Origin: Heterodontus francisci
Lineage: Eukaryota
Assembly (NCBI RefSeq): GCF_036365525.1
Contig: NC_090371.1
Location: 135,962,737-136,026,736, forward strand
DNA length: 64,000 nucleotides
Direction of reading: 5' to 3'
Shown here: piece by piece, positions 59,357 through 64,000 of the stretch
How positions within the stretch are numbered: the first letter of the stretch is position 1
How the letters are laid out: each line of letters begins with the position of its first letter
Position numbers and translations under genes: made by a program
The notes under the pieces: model-generated
What the model was told of the DNA's origin: nothing
Seen by the model: only the letters and a program-made list of their open reading frames with translations
Databases searched by the model: none

Positions 59357-61612
59357 AAGCCTTGAGGCTTGTCTTTTTAACATTACTTGTCCCCTTCCTA
59401 CTATTTTTCACTGTGGCCCTGTTTGATTCTGGCCCTTGATTTCTCTGTCGATCACTTTTCTTATTCCCTTTACTGTCTTTTGTTCTTGTCTTTGATCCCC
59501 CCTCCTCTGACTCCTTGCAAAGCTTCCCATCCCCCTGCCATTTTAGTTTAAACCCTCCCCAACCACTCTAGCAAATACTCCCCCAGGACATCAGTCCTGG
59601 TCCTGCCCAGGTGTAACCCGCCCAGTTTGTACTGGTCCCACCTCCCCCAGAACTGGTCCCAATGTCCCAGGAATCTAAAACCCTCCCCCTCACACCACCT
59701 CTTCAGCCACGTATTCATCCGATATATCCTGCTATTTCTACTTTGACTAGCACGTGGCACTGGTAGTAATCCTGAGATCACTACCTTTGAGGTCCTACTT
59801 TTCAACTTACTTCCTAACTCCCTATATTCTGCTTTTCAAACCTCATCCTTTTATTTAACCTACGTCGTTTGTACCAATGTGTACCACGACCCTGTTCACC
59901 CTCCCCATCAGAATGTCCTGTAACCGCTCTGAGACATCCTTGACCCTAGCACCAGGGAGGCAACGTACGTGGAGTCTCTTTTCTGCGGCCACTGATCTGC
60001 CTGTCTACTCCCCTTACAATTGAATCCCCTATAACTATTGCATTCCCACACTTTTTACTCCTCCCCTGTGTATCAGAGCCAACCGTGGTGCAATGAATTG
60101 GGCTGTTGCTGCTTTCTCCTAAGAGGCCATTCCCCCCAACAGTATCCAAAGCAGTATATCTGTTTTGAAGGGGAATAGCCACAGGAGATTACTGCACTGC
60201 CTGCCTACTCCTCTTGCTCTGCCTGGTGGTCACCCATTCCTTTCCTGCCTGTGGAGTCTGAGCTTGTGGTGTGACCACCTCTCTATACATGCTATCCACG
60301 ATACTTTCCGCCTTGTGAATGTTCCACAGTGTCCCCAGCCGCCACTCCAGCTCTGAAACCCGGGCTTCCAAAAGCTGCAGCTGGAGACACTTGCTGCACA
60401 AATGCTGGTCCCGGGCACTGGAATTGTTCCCGGCTTCCCACATAGAGCACAAGGAGCACACAGTGGCTTTGAGCTCTCCTGCCATGACTTAACCCTTTAA
60501 ATTAAACCTTTTGGAAGATGCTTAATATCAAATAATATCAATTACTCTCAGGCCCTTCTTCCCTGGTCCTTGTTACTGCAGAGCTCCCTAAAAAACGCTA
60601 CTTATATATGAAAATAAACTGTAGACTTTTCTTACCTTAGTTACTTAGCCAGCTATTTAGAGCTATTCCCTAACAGCAATTACTCACCAACCAATCACCT
60701 TGCAGCTTTTCTGTGATGTCACATGTTTTTTATGCACTCCGAAGTCTCACTTATTCTACCCCTGGCAAATTGATCATTTTGTCCACATATTGTCAGTGTT
60801 AATCTCTATCCTGTTGTACCTGGTCTGGGCCAAACACTATATCTGTCTCAGCAAGGTGAATTAACCACAAGCTGAGGAAAAATATCCCAATTGCATCAGT
60901 GTGAATTGTTCTGTTTCTCACATTTGCCGACCCTGGGGCATCCCTGAGTGACATTTGCCAATTAATGCCAAAGTTGTGAGCAGTTTTTGCCTTGTCGAGT
61001 CTTAGCCACCGGAGGCTGGTTCAGGTTGTCTAATTTTCCATTTACAGCTCTTCAGTGATTCTGTCCATTTTTGTGTGAAAACCATATCATGAAATGGAGC
61101 CTTTTCATTCTGAGCTGGGAACTTGTTAGAAAGTACTGTAAGATTTGCAGCAGTTGTTAGCACAGTGGATCATTAGACTGCCCTTTCATTGCTGCAATTC
61201 TCCTGAAGGTCTCCTAATGTTGCTGGTTACAAAAGCTGAGGATGTGTCTGTGTCCAGTAACCATGAGCACACAGCACAAAAATAACAATTATTTGGCACT
61301 GAATTAGCAATTTCATTCAGATAAGCCACAAGGATAGCTAATGCAGAAAGCAGAAAAAATTGTTCCTGTTCAGTAGGAGATGCCATTCTCAGGTTTGTTC
61401 CTTTTTAATGTGTCATGCCTGATGTAAGCTGTTGATGCTAACATTGGATATCAAAAGTGCAAGAAGGGTTCCATTCCCCACGGCTAATAACTTTGCACTT
61501 GGTGAGTATGTAACAGACCACAAAATTTAAAAAAATATAGTAATGATTTTCAAATGGGCCAGATTTTTGTTTGAATTTTCTTTAAAATTAAAAGGGAGTT
61601 CTCTTGTCATAG

Positions 61613-61698
61613 GACCTCCATGCTGCCACTGTAAATCCAGACCCAAGTCTGAAAGAGTTTGAGGGAGCAACTCTGCGCTATGCTTCTTTAAAACTGAG
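61613..61698 (+). CDS. APBB2: APBB2 internal exon (linker before PTB1)
   Basis: tgtcatag|GACCTCCAT...AAACTGAG|gtaaag. 86 bp encoding DLHAATVNPDPSLKEFEGATLRYASLKL(R), matching recalled APBB2. Confidence 0.96.
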
Positions 61699-61798
61699 GT
61701 AAAGTGTGATATTTTAAAAGTATTGGTCTAATGAAATTTGCAGTACAGTATTGCATTGCTTTCTGTTTAAGTACTGATACTTCCAATTGCCTCCATAG

Positions 61799-61859
61799 AA
61801 CAGTACCACAGTCTGAGGAAGATGGTTCCTGTACTATCAATAGTGACCCAGAGGCAAAG
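61799..61859 (+). CDS. APBB2: APBB2 internal exon ending just before PTB1
   Basis: ctccatag|AACAGTA...GAGGCAAAG|gtcagt. 61 bp, phase 2 to 0, after a 100-bp intron. Encodes (R)TVPQSEEDGSCTINSDPEAK (recalled human ...SCSINSDPEAK). Confidence 0.95.
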
Positions 61860-62644
61860 GTCAGTGTTGGTTCACTGCTATTTCTGAACTTATTTTGACA
61901 TCAAACTTTGTGCATATGAATTATATCACATCTAAGTATTAAAAGTTAAATAATGTCAGGACAATGATTGTGAAATATTTATTTGTTGGTCTCTTTTTAG
62001 TAAAAGGGTAACTATGTTGTATATTTGACACAGTGCTATTGTTTATACTTGGGGATTGCCATTATTTTCAGTTGATGTGTGTAGCCAGGTGCAGATTTAG
62101 TGTATTCAGTCAGCTGCTGGTCGTTTAATATGCTGCAACTTGAGATGATCACCTATTATTTCTTTCAACCTATCAAAAAAAGTTAGTGACACAAATGCAG
62201 TTTTACAAGGGGATTGTGCTGGAGTTGAAGACTCTAAACAATTCAATCTATTATCAGTAAATGTACCCTTAATTCCCTTTGATACCAGCGTAAATACTAA
62301 GAGCTGAGATCCAAAAAGTTAATTTTCATCATTTAGACATTCCATACTGATATGTAACTGTTCCCTATCTTCAACTATGTTATAAATGCATCATTGCATT
62401 CGAGCAAAATTTCCAGAGTCAATCTCCAGAATTAATGAACCATGTGATTTTAAGAAGAAGTTATATTCCATTGATATCTAGTACATGACTATTTTCATAT
62501 CTACTCTTCTATTAAGATTTTCAAGTGACTAACATTACCAAGAAAATGCACTATAGGAAGTTTTTTTTGTACTGGTGGGGTGGTGGGGGGGAAATTATTG
62601 AAGAATTGTATCGTGGCACAGCAGGATGTATAATAATGTACCCA

Positions 62645-63335
62645 AAATACATACACATGCAGAGGTACAGCAAGCAATTAAGAAGGAAAATGGCATGTTG
62701 GTCTTCATTACAAGAAGATTTGAATATAGGGGTGAAGACGTCTTCCAGCAATTATATAGAGCCTTGGTGAGACCGCACCTGGAGTATTGTGTACAGTTTT
62801 GGTCTCCTTACCTAAGGAAAGATATACTAGCCATAGAGGGAGTCCAATGAAGATTCACCAAACTAATTCCAAGGATGAAGGGATTGTCCTACGGGGAAAG
62901 ATTAAATAGAGCGGGCCTTTATTCTCTGGAGTTTAGAAGAGTGAGAGGTGATCTCATTCAAACATACAAAATTCTTACAGGGCTTGACGGGGTTGATGCA
63001 GGAAGGATGTTTCCCCTGACTGGGGAGTTCAGAACCAGGGGACACAGTCTCAGAATAAGGGGCAGGCCATTTAGGACTGAGATCAGCAGGAATTTCTTTA
63101 TTCAGAGGGTGGTGAATCTTTGGAATTCTCTACCCTAGAGGGTTGTGGAAGTTCAATCATTGAGTATGTTCAAGATTGAGATTGATAGATTTCTGGCTAT
63201 TAATGACATCAAGGGTTATGGGGATAGTGCAGGAAAATGGTGTTGAAGTAGAAGGTCAGCCATGATATTGAATGGTGGAGTGGGCTCAAAGGACTGAATG
63301 GCCTACTCCTACTCCTATTTCTTATGTTCTTCTAT
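62645..63335 (+). mobile_element. CR1 3' fragment
   Basis: LYRALVRPHLEYCVQFWSPYLRKD and FFIQRVVNLWNSLP, with tail tttcttatgttct. Confidence 0.9.
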
Positions 63336-63344
63336 TCTTAATGT

Positions 63345-64000
63345 AGCAAGCCGGATACAAAATTGGCTCAGTGGCAGGAAACAAAGGGTAATGGTTGGCG
63401 GGTGTTTTTGCTACTGGAAGTCTGTTGCAGTGGGGTTCTGCATGGCTCAGTACTAGGTCTCCTTTTTGTGGTATATATTAATGATTTGGACTTAAATGTA
63501 GGGGGCATGATGAAGAAGTTTGCAGATGACACAAAAATTGGCCGCATGGTTGATAGTGAGGAGGGAATCTGTAGACTGCAGGAAGATATCAATGGACTGG
63601 TCAGGTGGGCAGAAAAGTGGCAAATGGAATTTAACCCAGAGAAGTGTGAGGTGATACATTTGGGGAGGTCAATTAAGGAAAAGGAATACGCAATAAATGG
63701 AAGGATACTGAGAGGTCTAGAGGAAGTGGGGGACCTTGGAGTGCATGTCCACAGATCCCTGAAGGTAGCAGGATGTGTCGATAAGGTGGTTAAGAAGGCA
63801 TATGGAATTCTTTCCTTTATTAGCCGAGGCAGAGAATATAAGAGCAGGAGGATTATGCTGGAACTATATAAAACATTACTGAGGCCACAACTTGAGTACT
63901 GTGTGCAGTTCTGGTCACCTCATTACAGAAAGGATGTAATTGCACTAGAGAGGATACAGAGGGGATTTATGAGGATGTTGCCGGGACTGGAAAATTGCAG
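63345..64000 (+). mobile_element. CR1 RT fragment running off the window
   Basis: YINDLD..KFADDTKIG, WAEKWQMEFNPEKC and RPQLEYCVQFWSP. Confidence 0.9.

Larger units (their letters stand above)
56381..60731 (-). mobile_element. Full-length decayed CR1 (5' UTR, ORF1, ORF2, tail)
   Basis: ORF1: Zn-finger/coiled coil VCSLCSMWE..CSKCLQLQLLEARVSELE and SGNH esterase IVIGDSIVRG..GGLHL (59548-60485). ORF2 EN/RT fragments at 56581-59220. (tctatgtt)n tail. Confidence 0.92.

Overview
Eukaryotic, repeat-dense DNA, most likely from a shark or other cartilaginous fish (inferred from HE1-type V-SINEs, SacSINE1-type DeuSINEs and abundant CR1 LINEs). The window lies inside an APBB2 (Fe65-like 1) gene on the + strand. 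Four coding exons missing from the ORF track were read directly: the WW-domain exon (31989-32197, NAGNAG acceptor), a 60-nt exon with a GC donor (53898-53957) and two pre-PTB1 exons (61613-61698, 61799-61859). The introns hold nested transposons. These include many CR1 copies (one with an uninterrupted EN+RT ORF2, one full-length with ORF1), L2 and Daphne/Crack-like LINE fragments, an RTE LINE, a solo LTR, decayed PIF/Harbinger elements (HARBI1-type transposase plus Myb/SANT gene) and MITEs. The most unusual component is a family of short Penelope-like pseudo-LTR elements carrying a minimal hammerhead ribozyme. Several are fold-back hairpins and two have 14-bp target duplications. Intact ribozyme cores occur only antisense to the host gene. 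Most short ORFs in the track are transposon debris or chance ORFs. Repeat boundaries were set by eye and are approximate unless a TSD or TIR is quoted. Family names and human APBB2 comparisons come from recall, not database searches.
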